From Ministeria vibrans ATCC 50519 (lineage: Eukaryota; Protista; Filasterea), in contig CALSCP010000159.1 in NCBI GenBank assembly GCA_943704425.1, forward strand, positions 1 to 42,793: DNA of 42,793 bases, read 5' to 3'. This document shows positions 1 to 14,378 of the stretch, piece by piece (the first letter of the stretch is position 1; each line of letters opens with the position of its first letter). Both the position numbers and the translations under genes were made by a program. The notes under the pieces are model-generated. The model was not told where the DNA came from and made no database searches. It saw only the letters and a list, made by a program, of their open reading frames with translations.

Positions 1-57
<57 letters not shown>

Positions 58-117
58 CAAAGTGATAGAGAGAGAGAGAGAGACAAAGCGATAGAGAGAG
101 AGAGAGAGAGAGAGAGT

Positions 118-822
118 CTAGTGTGAGCACTCGATGGAACTGATGATCAAGCGGGCTATTCGTGTCTGTACGGTGTGGGCGGCACTGTCGGCGACAAAGA
201 GCTGCGATGCATTTGCCGGATTCAAAACCAGATTTTCGGGGGACTGAAGGCCTGCGTCTGCAACGACAGTGAGGGCGAAGGTGCGGCTGTCCCATAGCCC
301 AATGCGACTACGGTCACGATCGGCAAAGTACAGATGATGGGAGTTGCCGCTGGGGCTGACAGTGATGGACAGTCCTGTCGGATAGGTGAGAAAAGTGCCG
401 GTTACGACCGAGCTGATGATCCCCGCTGCACGATCGATGCGTCGGATACGCGAACTTGTTGAATCGGATACGTAGAAGGACTGCGCGTCGGGCGCCATCA
501 CTAGTGTGTAGGGTAATGCGAGCCTGAAATTCAAAAAAAAAAACAAAATTCAAATTTTCTCATGTCAATCAATGACATGCTTATTGCGGAAAAGAGTGAC
601 ATCGCGAAGTGACAGAGCAATGTTCATGGGTTAGGAGCCAGGGACAGGGGGGACACAAGTGGCATCAGCCTACCCAGAAGCAGTGGCGGCACCACCATCG
701 CCGGTGTAGGCTGGGATTCCATTTCCAGCTGCCGTTGAAATCGTTCCAAAGCTAATGTCAGCGTCAACGACATTAAAGACTGCTGCTACAAGTCCCACAG
801 CTATGGTGCAAACACGAAACAT
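118..822 (-). CDS. Secreted NHL-repeat (beta-propeller) protein, 5' part; probably continues past the window start
   Basis: ATG at 822 opens MFRVCTIAVGLVAAVFNVVDA (signal-peptide-like), then ISTAAGNGIPAYTGDGGAATASG. GT-AG intron 673..524. Exon 2 LALPYTLVMAPDAQSFYVSDSTSSRIRRID...PTGL...LYFADRDRSRIG...LFVADSAAHT shows typical NHL repeats. Likely donor near 171, ahead of a (GA)n intron. Confidence 0.8.
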
Positions 823-1019
823 TTTCGATCAAAATAATTAATAGTTTTTAAGATCCATGAAGTTTATTTTGACTTGAATTGATTACGTCGCCAATGCTTT
901 CTTTCGCGGTCACCTTATTCTGCCTCGGCAGTTTATTTCTTAATCGTTTTGGTTCGTCCAACTACCAACTTCGTCCCACGACGACTGCTTGGGGTCGCGG
1001 GTGTACAGCACGCACATGA

Positions 1020-1672
1020 GGACGAACCGAAATGATTAAGAATTCTGAAAACCCTCACTTCACTAAGTCCTTTGAGGTACACCGCCCCTCCCCGTGTCCT
1101 CCGCAGCGCCCTCTCCGATACCAGCGGCCGCTCGCCGTTGTCTCGGCCGCCCTTGTTGTGTTTCCACGTCGATTTGATGTGTGTTTTCTTTTCCTCCATT
1201 GCATTTTCTCGCGTTTTGCGCTCTCTCCAAGCCTTATCGGTCGCAAGTCTGTGGATCGCGGGATGGGGGGTTTTCAGACGATTCTCTTGCCTCTCGACTG
1301 GACAAACGTTGATGTGTTTTTTTTCATTATTATTTTTTGTGTTTTCGACACACACTCGAACAACCAAACTTACTCTTCCTCCTTTGCCATCTCCACCTCC
1401 ACCTCCACCTCCACCTCCACCTCCCTCTGTTCTCCTTCTAGGTTGTGTACTACTTTGAGGAGCTGCAGGAGCTCCTGTTCCGCGTCTACGATGTGGACAG
1501 TCCCAAGGCGAACCTGAGCAAGCAGGACTTTGTGGGCGAGCTCACCTGCCACTTGGGTGAGATTGTGGGCTCGCCCGGACAGAAGTTGAGTCGCCCCTTG
1601 GCCAATTCGGCGGCTGGTGGACGCAAGAATGGTTCTATTACAGTTTCGGCCGAAGAAATGACCGACATGAAA
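1020..1672 (+). pseudogene. Copine (CPNE-family) C2A-domain fragment, two exons, truncated at both ends
   Basis: GRTEMIKNSENPHFTKSFE | intron 1077-1441 (gtac...ctag) | VVYYFEELQELLFRVYDVDSPKANLSKQDFVGELTCHLGEIVGSPG...GSITVSAEEMTDMK | gtgagg. Matches copine C2A. In-frame TGA at 1017-1019 upstream; no C2B or vWA exons downstream. Confidence 0.75.
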
Positions 1673-1725
1673 GTGAGGGGGAGAGAGAATAGCGTTGAAA
1701 GAGTTTATTTCCCTTGGGTTCACAA

Positions 1726-2600
1726 TCAAGTATCCTCTGTGGAGGATCCGGCAAGATAGTCGTTGAGAAGGACTTCGATTTCAGCAGGCGAGAGAGGTGC
1801 TGTTCCGTCATAACTCATAAGCGACCGATGATCAGTTGGCGGGTTGGCCATGCAGCCGTCGGTGCCATGGTCCACATCATTGCCGGGCTTCTGCGCATCA
1901 AAAAACTCGTACAGAGACACAAAGTCCTCGCCAAAGATTTTCTTCTCTTCCATCTCGTCGTAGTCCGCCGCTGACGAGTCGGGGACGGACTTGCTATCGG
2001 TCGTCTTAGTCTTCTTATGCGGCGTGTGCGACACACTCTCGTCGCTGTTGTCACTGCCACGACAGCGCTTGGTGGACGACGTTTTCGTCTGTGAGACGAC
2101 ACCAGCCGTAGCGTCGGGGTTGAAGACGGGGTATATAAAATCCGAGAGCGGTTGGGAGTCGGCGGCCGGCTTCATGAGGTCCCCGTCACGCTCCGAGAGC
2201 GGTTGGGAGTCGGCGGCCGGCTTCATGAGGTCCCCGTCACGCTCCGAGAGAGGCAGCTCAGCGTCGTCGTCTGGGTGGCGCTCGTTGCGTGTTCCGTGAA
2301 CCTCCCCCAAATGATTAAGCAATTCTTTGTGGGTGCCATGCTTGGTGTTGCCATGCTTGGAGCCGCACTCACAGCACTCCAGGTTGCTGTCTTTGTGGCA
2401 ACCTTTCACAATTTTGTGCTTGTTCCGCAGGTGATCGACGAAGCGGCTGTATCTAAAGGTCGTTGTGAGTCGCAGGTCGAGCAAAAAACTGTATTAATTA
2501 TAATGTACCTGTCAAAGATACTCGAGCAACACTTGTATATAATCACTTGTGGATCTGACTGGGAGGTTCCAGTAAGATCACGAACATGCTTAGCGGGCAT
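1726..2600 (-). CDS. C2H2 zinc-finger protein, paralog 1 (~272 aa; 2 fingers, the first with an atypical CC spacing; acidic C-terminus)
   Basis: Exons 2600-2509 and 2452-1726, GT-AG intron 2508-2453. YKCCSSIFDRYSRFVDHLRNKH and LECCECGSKH...THKELLNHLGEVH. Clear homolog of 5016-6186. Confidence 0.75.
2142..2250. repeat. 51-bp in-frame tandem duplication (SERDGDLMKPAADSQPL x2)
   Basis: ccgagagcggttgggagtcggcggccggcttcatgaggtccccgtcacgct occurs twice back to back; single in paralog 2. Confidence 0.9.
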
Positions 2601-3856
2601 GCGACAGCAGACGAAGACAACGTCCTTGAGGCAACACCTCCACTGGGAGAAGGCAAGCGGGAAAAAAAAGGGAAAAAAAGTGGAAATGAGCCTTCCATCG
2701 ACGATCCGCGTACTGGTGCGGGAATGGAGCATGCGCCATAATGCGTGTGCCGCAGTGGGTGTAGGGTATTTGGGAGGCAAACCCTTTCTTTTTGAGGCTC
2801 AAAAAAACTTCTTTTTCTTTTTTCCCTCTTAGATTGAATAATTTTGCAAGTGCACTCATCATATGAATACAACGCGAAGGAGCGCGTTATGGATTGGGAC
2901 GCAAGACCACACTTAGAGTGGCACTCTAGGGGTGACAATAATGGGCAGTGTTGACGTGCTGCAGCGGGTNNNNNNNNNNNNNNNNNNNNNNNNNNNNNNN
3001 NNNNNNNNNNNNNNNNNNNNNNNNNNNNNNNNNNNNNNNNNNNNNNNNNNNNNNNNNNNNNNNNNNNNNNNNNNNNNNNNNNNNNNNNNNNNNNNNNNNN
3101 NNNNNNNNNNNNNNNNNNNNNNNNNNNNNNNNNNNNNNNNNNNNNNNNNNNNNNNNNNNNNNNNNNNNNNNNNNNNNNNNNNNNNNNNNNNNNNNNNNNN
3201 NNNNNNNNNNNNNNNNNNNNNNNNNNNNNNNNNNNNNNNNNNNNNNNNNNNNNNNNNNNNNNNNNNNNNNNNNNNNNNNNNNNNNNNNNNNNNNNNNNNN
3301 NNNNNNNNNNNNNNNNNNNNNNNNNNNNNNNNNNNNNNNNNNNNNNNNNNNNNNNNNNNNNNNNNNNNNNNNNNNNNNNNNNNNNNNNNNNNNNNNNNNN
3401 NNNNNNNNNNNNNNNNNNNNNNNNNNNNNNNNNNNNNNNNNNNNNNNNNNNNNNNNNNNNNNNNNNNNNNNNNNNNNNNNNNNNNNNNNNNNNNNNNGTC
3501 GTTGAGCTTTTGGTGGAAGAAGGTGGGATTCTTGGTGGGGGACGACATGGTGACAAAGGGCGTATGTGTGTGGCTATACGCGCGTGGGCGGCGGCGGCGG
3601 CGGCGGGGAACTGGAATGTCTGGAAACGTGAACGGGAAATTGACTGATCAATGAGCAATCCGGATTTTATTCTGGAAGTAGAATGGATGAACTTCCCACT
3701 ACCTTCTCGGCCTCCCTCTGCCTTTCGAATGGATGTACGCTTTTGAAAGGGTAAAAAGGAACGGTTCTGACGGCTTCCCCAGAGAGAACTCAAAGAAAGG
3801 GTCAGCAGGAGAGCGCGATTTGCGTTTCGTCAATCGACGCGCAATAATGTGTGTGT

Positions 3857-3891
<35 letters not shown>

Positions 3892-5015
3892 TTAGCTTAC
3901 AAAAGTGCGACGGACCAGAGTCTGCAAAGGCCGCTGATCCATCGTCCATCGATCGAGTCGTTTGCAACGAAGAGGATCGCTAGTTCGCTACGATGTGTCG
4001 ATGTCGAACAGTACGAAGTTGCTCTCCCTCAACATCCTTGGGGGCTGATCATCATCAGTATTACACTCTCGAGCGATTAACCCTTTGCGAATTGCGACCA
4101 GTTTTCTTTCCGTCGATGATTTTTGCCGCCGATGGCTCTCACCTCTTCGACAGTTCGACTTGGGTCAATGCTCTTCTGTCGTGAATCGTGATGATGCCCT
4201 CTATTTTGCTGTGCTTGTTCGGCTAGACTGCCCTGGCCCAGCGACTCCCTTCCCGACTGCACAACTGTTGGGACGCCACTCTGGCGCTCGTCGTCGTCGA
4301 CCCCACTGGACAGACGCCGCCATTGACATGTTTCAGGACGAAATAAGCGAGTCGGAGGGTGAGCGCTGGTCACGTCACTTTGGAGTTACTTTGCACTCCC
4401 TTTGCACGTATACATTGCGCATCTGGCGGGCCTTGGGTCCGCTCGCTCGCGAGCGTGCCACGGCCGAGTGACGCGAGGGACGTGTGCAGGTCAATGCCGA
4501 TATAAAAGCGGCAAAGGAAGTGTACGGCAGCGAGCTCCCTGTTCACCAACTTAGCAAGCATTCCAACAGTGTCCAATGTTGAGGACCCCGAGGAACTCAA
4601 CATTCTCCAGAGTTGCTTGATAGTGACCAAGGTGGACAGTCAGTGTCTCATGAGCGTTGGCATCCAGTTCTTCCTTTCCCTTTTGAGGGCCCTCCGGCGC
4701 ATTAAGCGTGAGGGGCGCCGCAATGGTGCACCGAGGAGTGTACAGGGTCTACGTGTGCGATGTATCCTGAGTGGGCCTCATAAGCTGCTTGAGTATGTGT
4801 TAAACGTCTGAATACAATCGTAAAGTTCATGTCTCGGTCTACCTGTGCCTCCGTACATTGTTTCTCATGGGTGTATCAGTGGGTTTCATGGGCTTCTTTT
4901 GGGACATTCTCTTCTAGAAGTCTACGGCGGAAGTATTGCGCTGCTCTTTGTTATTAATAATGTTAAATGCAGATTACGTATTACTGTTTATTTCCCTTGG
5001 GTTCACAATCAAGTA

Positions 5016-6186
5016 TTATAATTCCATGTCGACGTCGAAGATTTTGATGTCGGGCATGTTAACACGGTTGCCAACATCTAACAGAACCTCTGTGGAGGAT
5101 CCGGCAAGATAGTCGTCGAGAAGGACTTCGGTTTCAGCAGGCGAGGGAGGTGCTGTTCCGTCATAACTCATAAGCGACAGATGATCAGTTGGCGGGTTGG
5201 TCATGCACTCGTCGGTGCCATGGTTCACACCATGGCCGGGCTCCTGCGCACCAAAAAACTCGTACAGAGACACAAAGTCCTTGCCAAAGATTTTCTTCTC
5301 TTCCATCTCGTCGTAGTCCGCCGCTGACGAGCCGGGGACGAATTCGAAAGAGAACATGGACAGCTCGTGCGACGACTTGCTGTCGGTCGTCTTAGTCTTC
5401 TTAGGCGGCGTGTGCGGCACATAGTCGTCGCTGTTGTCACTGTCAACCATCTTGCGACAGCGCTTGGTGGGTGATTTTTTCAGCTGTGGGACGACACCGG
5501 CGCTAGCGTCGCGGTCAACACGCGGGTTCTTGGGCGGGCGGCCACGGGGGCGCTTGGGGGCGGGCATAGGCTCAGCAGCCATGGCAGCAGCACACTGCTC
5601 GTTGTAGATGGGGGACAATGAGGTGTAGGAGGAGATGCTGCTGCAGGGCGATGGAGCTTGGCTCCACTCGGAGTCGGAGAATAATTGCTGGCTACTCGCA
5701 GGTGAAGAGGGCACCAGAACGGCCGGGCTGTCCGCTGCCGTAGCGCTCTTCCTAGCAGCGCTCTCGTCCTCACCCAGCAACTCAAACTGCTTCATGAGGT
5801 CCCAGTCACGCTCCGAGACAGGCAACTCAGCGGCGTCGTCTGGGTGGCGCTCGTTCGGTTTGATCAGACGTGTTCCGTGTTCCTCCACCAAATGATCAAG
5901 CAGTTCGCGGTGGGTGTTACGCGGTGCGTCGCACAGACAGCACTCCAGGTTGTGTTGTTTGTGGCAGCCTCTCACAATATCGTGAACGTCCCGCAGGTGA
6001 TCGTGGATGCGGATGAACCTAAAGGTCGTTGTGAGTCGCAGGTCGAGCAAAAAATAATATAATAATGTTGTCTAGCTTTTACCTGTCAAAGCGACACGGA
6101 GGTGAGCACTCGTTGCACTCGTACATGGTCACGTGTGCGTGCGTCTTGGAGGCTCCGGTAAGGCGACGGGCACGCACAGCGGGCAT
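5016..6186 (-). CDS. C2H2 zinc-finger + AT-hook protein, paralog 2 (~368 aa), putative transcription/chromatin factor
   Basis: Exons 6186-6083 and 6018-5016. YECNECSPPCRFDRFIRIHDHLRDVH, LECCLCDAPRNTHRELLDHLVEEH, AT-hook PKRPRGRPPK, basic NLS-like patches, acidic/hydrophobic C-terminus. Confidence 0.8.
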
Positions 6187-8568
6187 GCGATAGCAGCAGA
6201 TGTCAAAGTGTTTGAGAAGCCACTGGAGAAAAGCAAGCGGAAAAAAAAAGTGGAAATGAGCCATCCGTCGACGATCCGCGTTGCTGCGGCTGGCGCTACT
6301 GGTGAGGAAATCAGGGCATACGTGTACCGCGGTGCAGTGTGGGGTATTTGGGAGGGAAAGTTTTTTTGCAGGTCAAAAAAAAAAAAAAAGCAACCCTCCA
6401 AAAAAATTTTTTTTCCCTCCTAAATTTTGCGAGTGAGCTCATACGAATACAACGTGAAGGAGCACGCCATGGATTGGGGCGCAAGACGACACTCTATTGG
6501 TGACAATGGGCAGTGGCGATGTGCTGCAGCGGGTGTAGGGGCTGCAAAGTGTGTTTGGGAAACAATTTGGTCGTCAAAAATTTGAGGGTCGCGTTGTGTC
6601 ATCCCCACGAGCCGAGGTTCGGGGAGATGTTTCGGCCGTGAGATAGTGCATTGGGTCACTGTAGCGTAGCCGGCGGCGAGATGGAAGCGGTATTGGGAGA
6701 GAACGAGACTTTGAAAGTTTGAAGGTTGAATATGTGTTTTTTTTTTTGCCGTGAGACTCAGCGCAAAGACGAAGGGAGAGGCCGCCTTACCACTTTGATG
6801 GTGTAGTCGGACACACGGCCTGGGGATGTCTTTGCGTGGCGGCGGAAGGCGTCGTGGATCTCCGATTCGGCGACATATGTGTTTTTCAGGGAGCGCTTTG
6901 TTGAGTTGCGCAAATCGCACAGTTGTTGGCTGAAGACAGTGGGGTTCTCGGTGAGGGACGACATGATAGCAAAGAGTGTATGTGTATGCGTGTGTGCGTG
7001 CGGCGGCGGCGGCGGTGGTGGGAGGGATCACACCAGAGCAACAGTGGAAATTGACTGAATTAATTATTCATTATTCACAGAAAGCCAAATTAATAATAAT
7101 AATAATTGTAGGAAAAACAACACTGCGGGAATTTTTCTCAGCTCTCCTCCGTCTCTCTCTGTCTTTCAGATGGATGTACGCTTCCGAAAGGGTAAAGCAG
7201 AATGTGTTTGACGGTTCCCCCGCGAAGAATTCGAAGAAAGAGAAGGCAAGAAGGCGCATATGGCGTTTCGACAGTCGACGGGCGACGCTATTTTCTCGTA
7301 TCATATTCAACTTTTTGAGGGTTAATCGATCACGATTCAAACAGCACGCACAACCGGAGCGCGCGGCATATGTCCATATCCGCATTAGTGATTAGTGAAT
7401 AGTGATCTGTGATACGTTACAACGAGGAGAGTCAGGAGACTGGATACACCGCTGAATTCTTCCAATGAAACTCACTGTTTTTCCTTGTCGATTTTTTTTA
7501 ACTGTGAACTTTTTATAGGTCGATGACATTTCAATTTCACAATTTTTGAGGGCTGAATTTGCGATCCACAAAATTGTACTATTGTTGTAATTTGAGAATT
7601 GAGACTATGTACCAGTTTGTGAGTCACTTAGAGTCAGTGCTGTGCGTTGAGCGCGATAACTGGCTCTTGGGGGGTTCTTATAATGTTTGTTTCAAAAGCT
7701 AATCACCGCGTCTCCACGATCTTTCATCGCAGCACCCACACGAATCTTTACCCTTTAGCATTAGCAGCATGCATGTATACGTGCCATAAAGATCACACGC
7801 GAGATCAGAAGCTGTCCCCTGAGACGATGTTTCCGCCAACTCCCGTGCAACACCATTCCCCGAATGGTCCGAGCACGTTGATCGTGCCCGCGGTAGAAGC
7901 TCCCTCCCGCGTTGCTGTATTGCATGTGTCTTATCCCTTGCCAGACTGACCTGGCAGCTGGACGGCACCCTCCAATTCCAAGCACAGTCAGATGCCACTG
8001 ACTAAGCGCCTACACCCCTCTCCACGTCCAAGACGACCTTTCCCTCGTATCGAGCATCCCAACTCATCATCATACAACTCTGTGCACCACAACAACACTG
8101 TCTGGCGCAGTCCACTCGACGTCCGCATCGTATACATCGTATACAATAGGCCGCAGACGACCCCCCCCCTCCCCNNNNNNNNNNAGAGACCGTGGCGCTC
8201 CACAAAATTGTCCGTTGAGACCATCTCGATGACACCTGCGTGACACGCTACAAGGACTTCTTCGCGTACAGTGCATCCAGGGCCAATTGTTCACTCACCA
8301 CCACCGTGAACGCCAATGGCTCTCACGCACGCACGCACCCGTGGTCATGTTGTACGCGGTGGGCGACGCCGCAGTGCACAGTACACACCGCTGATCACTC
8401 TCTCCATTTTTCTTTGCGTAATTGTGTTTTAAACGCTGCTGCGCCAAATCATCGAGCGGACAGAGTGTGGTTGAGACAGCAGCTTGCCAAGGGAGCGCGT
8501 TCTTCTTTTTCGTACAATATCATATGCATCACACTCAGTATGTACAACACCAATGCAAGTCGACAATC

Positions 8569-8866
8569 CTATTCGGGCGGTACTCGTCGCGCAGGAAGAA
8601 ACAGTCGAGCAGCGGCCGCCCCAATCAAGACTAAAAACAGATAGTTGCACCACACGTCTTCAAACAGTACAAAAACACACACACGAGAGAGACAGAGTGG
8701 CAAACGTACCACTTCCAACAATTGTCACCCACACAATCTTATCACGCGAAGCACCCTCTGCACGCATCGCACGTCGTTGCCACAACAAGTAGGAACCAAT
8801 TCCGCCAAAGCATATGGCGCCAGTGACGCGACAGGTGAGACAGTCGTTGTCAAGTGGGCCAGACAT
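8569..8866 (-). CDS. DMAC1/TMEM261-like (DUF4536) small membrane protein, 72 aa
   Basis: Exons 8866-8710 and 8630-8569. MSGPLDNDCLTCRVTGAICFGGIGSYLL...VLIGAAAARLF: DCxxCR motif plus two hydrophobic segments. Confidence 0.75.
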
Positions 8867-9114
8867 GATTAAAACTGAAACTCTGATAATCAGAATAAAA
8901 TTTAATTTTAGTATTATTATTATTATTATCATTATTATATTAATGTTTTTAATGTTTTTAATTTTTCTTTGATTTTTGACTGATTTCAGTTGCGTCACTA
9001 AAAAGATGAGAATACTCAAGGAGTCAACTCACTCAGTCAAGTTGTATAGTTTGAACCGAATGATGGAAGTTTCAAAAGTTTGTTTATGATACAGTCAAAG
9101 AGAAGGAGTGTGGC

Positions 9115-11024
9115 TCAATAGCGGGAGTACTCTTGAAAAGCGGGAGTGTCGCGGAAGAGCTCAATGTACCGGGTTTCTGCAGCAAGAAAAGAATCACAAG
9201 AGAGTATTAATACACATCGACCTTTCGGTGAATAATCATTCTTTGCGTGTCGTACGCATTTTCTCACGATCACGACGCATCGCTTGTAGAAGGTCGGCCT
9301 CCGAGGCAAAATCAGCAAAGCCCTCGCCACTGGGCTGGCCGCGTTGGTTGAGCTTGAGACGAACAGAGACGACGGGAATGGGAGCAAAAAAGTCAAAGAC
9401 ATCGCGATCGGAGGCACGGAAGGGTAGGCCACGCATGCGGAGGGTGAAGGAGGACGAGGGGGAGGAGGAGGAAGGGGCGGGTGCTTGGGGTGAGGGATAG
9501 TGGGGTTGGCGAGGGGGAAGGGAGTAGGGCGACGACTGCTGCTGTTGGTCGGTGTAGAGAGAAGAGCCGTGTGTGCCGGCGGTGTAGGGAATACCGGAGA
9601 GAGGGTCGAAGCCACCGTAGTAGGACGAAGAGACGACCGCGGTGGATTGCGATGGTATTGAGGAGGCGGAGGAGAGAGGGTGCTGTTGCTGATGGTGGGG
9701 TGGAGGTGGCTGGTAGCGATGCGTGGTGGGGGGCGCGCCTTGGTGGTACGGCAGGGGCGCGTACGGGCCATGCGGGTCGTACGGACGCCTGTACGCCGAC
9801 CCACTGCTGCCATTCTGACTACCGCTATAGTTACGACTACTACCACTGCTGGGATGATAATGGTCGTTGGGGTGTGTGCGGTGGGGGCGTCGCATGGCGC
9901 CGCCGCCACTGTGCTGCTCTGTGTGCTGCACCATCTCGTCATAGCTGCTCTCGAACACTTCAATGTACCGATGGCCCATGTGCTGTCGGTTGCGTGCCAC
10001 TGCAGATGATTGTGCGTCGCTGCTGGGCAGCACAATGAATGCTTCACCGGTGGGCCGCCCGCCGTCATTAAGTGTCAGCACTACTCCATTCTCGACAATC
10101 TCAGTGCCTACAATCGGACAAATGTGGTGTGAATTGTTGTTCTTGATCGTGTAGACCTCAAGGGTACCTGAAAAAAACTCGCGCAGGTCGGCAATGGTGC
10201 ATGAGAAAGGAAGGCCGCGACAGCGACAGACGTAGTCCGTCTGAGGCGGAGGACCACCGTGACTTGGGGCACCCCCTGTCGCCGGCCCACTGCCGCCACC
10301 GCCCGCCATGGAGAGGGCATCGGCAGCCGCACGACGAGCAATGGTGGCGTCTGCTTCCGTGTGCGATGACTGGATGATTTCAATGTAGCGTTTGTTCATG
10401 TAGCCGCCTTTGAGCGCAAGAGCAGGGGCAAACTCCGCCTGAGATGCAGAATAAGCAGAATAATTAGTGCTGATGATCAAAAAGAGGGGAAATGAGAGTG
10501 ACTTTACCTCAGACTGAAGATAGAGAAATGCTTCGCCGTTGGCGCGGCCATCGGGATGCCGCACAAACCGGATGGAGGACTCTGGATCACTCTACAAACG
10601 ACGGAACGTGCCAAAAAAGAGAGAGAGAGAGAGAGAGTGACAAAAAAAAAAAAAAAAAAAGAGATGAAAAAAAGAGAAAAGTCAGTTGTGCGACTGAAGC
10701 GACAAGAAGAGCGTGAGGGGGAGGGGCCAAGTGACGAAGAGGAAGGAATGTGAGTGGGGAGGGAGGGGGCGGGGTACCTTGAGCTTGCAGGAGGCGAAGA
10801 AGGTCGCAATGTCGTCGACGGTTGCGGCGAAGGGAAGACCGCGAATGCGCACGACTGCGTCGGTTGACGGGGGTGGCGCCGGCACAGGTGCATGCGTCGC
10901 GGACGTCTGGAGGGCGGGGGCGGAGAGAGAGAGGAAGGGGAGGAGAGGGGGAGGGCGGGTGAGCGGTGAGAAGAGACACGGGCGATCGCCTGACCTGGCT
11001 TGCTGATGCTGGTGAATCGGACAT
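9115..11024 (-). CDS. hnRNP F/H / GRSF1 / ESRP-family RNA-binding protein, three quasi-RRMs, 6 exons
   Basis: Three copies of the qRRM signature: VVRIRGLPF..GEAF..RYIEI; VCRCRGLPF..GRPTGEAFI..MGHRYIEVF; LRMRGLPF..GQPSGEGF..RYIELF. GT-AG introns join them in frame; stop at 9115. Confidence 0.9.
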
Positions 11025-11217
11025 GTGTGGAGTCCGAGCGGCAGGGGGGAGGGAGTAGAGAGAGAGAGAGAGAGAGAGACTGAGAGAGACTGAGAGACTG
11101 CGTGCGTGTGTGTGTGTGAGAGAGAGACTACACACGTCTCGATACGATTGAAAAGAATTGATTGAAAATTTGAAAGTTGAATAACTTTCTGATACTTTTT
11201 TTTACTAGTTTGCTAGA

Positions 11218-13806
<2,589 letters not shown>

Positions 13807-13878
13807 GAAAAGGTGTATTGTGTACAAAAATTGACTCTTTGAGATTGGTTATACAAAATATGTGTGACTTCCGCCGTG

Positions 13879-14378
13879 CTACGTGGCGTAACTGTAGAAA
13901 ATGGCAATGATGGAGAAGACAATGCCAGAGAACATCTGGGGATCAAAGCCCTTTCGCGACGTGGCAAAGACGTGGAGACCACAGAAGAGAGCCATCCAGC
14001 CCATCCACTTGTACTACGGCAACGGGTGAGTCCAGGACGGGTGGAGGGGGGTGGGTGTCGGGTGTCAGGGGGTCTTACGCGAAACCAGGTGGCGCCCATG
14101 GCGAGCATTAGGCCGCTAATGTGGATCAGCTCAGACTGTAAAAGTGAGAAAATGACAACTCGTGTTACAGAGACGAATTCAAGCAATGCTGCTGCCTTTC
14201 CACACACACACCGAGGGATGCAGCCGTATGGCTGAGTAGGGGAGGAAGGGCAGAGGGGCAGCGTGCGGCTGTGGCGTACGCGAAAGGTCATTGATGAAAG
14301 TTGCATCCAGTGTTGCTCTGTCTCGATCTTTTCCGCGTCAAACGGGACTTCGCGTTCGGAGCGAGCAGGTGAGCTCAT
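13879..14378 (-). CDS. PAT complex subunit Asterix (WDR83OS/UPF0139)-like, ~96 aa
   Basis: Exons 14378-14280, 14135-14079, 14013-13879. ELIHISGLMLAMGATWFRYKWMGWMALFCGLHVFATSR..QMFSGIVFSIIAIFYSY resembles the Asterix core. Confidence 0.7.

Larger units (their letters stand above)
1703..7290. repeat. Direct segmental duplication: ~1703-3845 and ~4986-7290, separated by ~1.1 kb of unique sequence
   Basis: Both copies begin gtttatttcccttgggttcacaatcaagtat. Homology runs through the ZnF gene and >1 kb of upstream sequence (e.g. atggatgtacgct..gaaagggtaaa at ~3729 and ~7170). Copy 1 contains the N gap 2970-3497. Confidence 0.9.

Noticed and set aside
894-1019. ATG at 894 opening 41 codons in frame with the copine fragment across one TGA (readthrough or selenocysteine?)
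   Set aside because: The upstream peptide has no copine similarity, TGA is a normal stop in other genes here, and no SECIS is evident.
2543-3793. Long ORFs spanning 2543-3793
   Set aside because: Artefacts of the 528-N assembly gap.
1726-6186. ZnF duplicates as transposases
   Set aside because: No DDE, integrase, RT or Rep/helicase motifs and no terminal repeats seen.
14169-14231. Possible 63-nt cassette exon in Asterix (PYGCIPRCVCGKAAALLEFVS)
   Set aside because: It needs a 33-nt downstream intron and makes the protein atypical; one 144-nt intron gives a normal ~96-aa Asterix.
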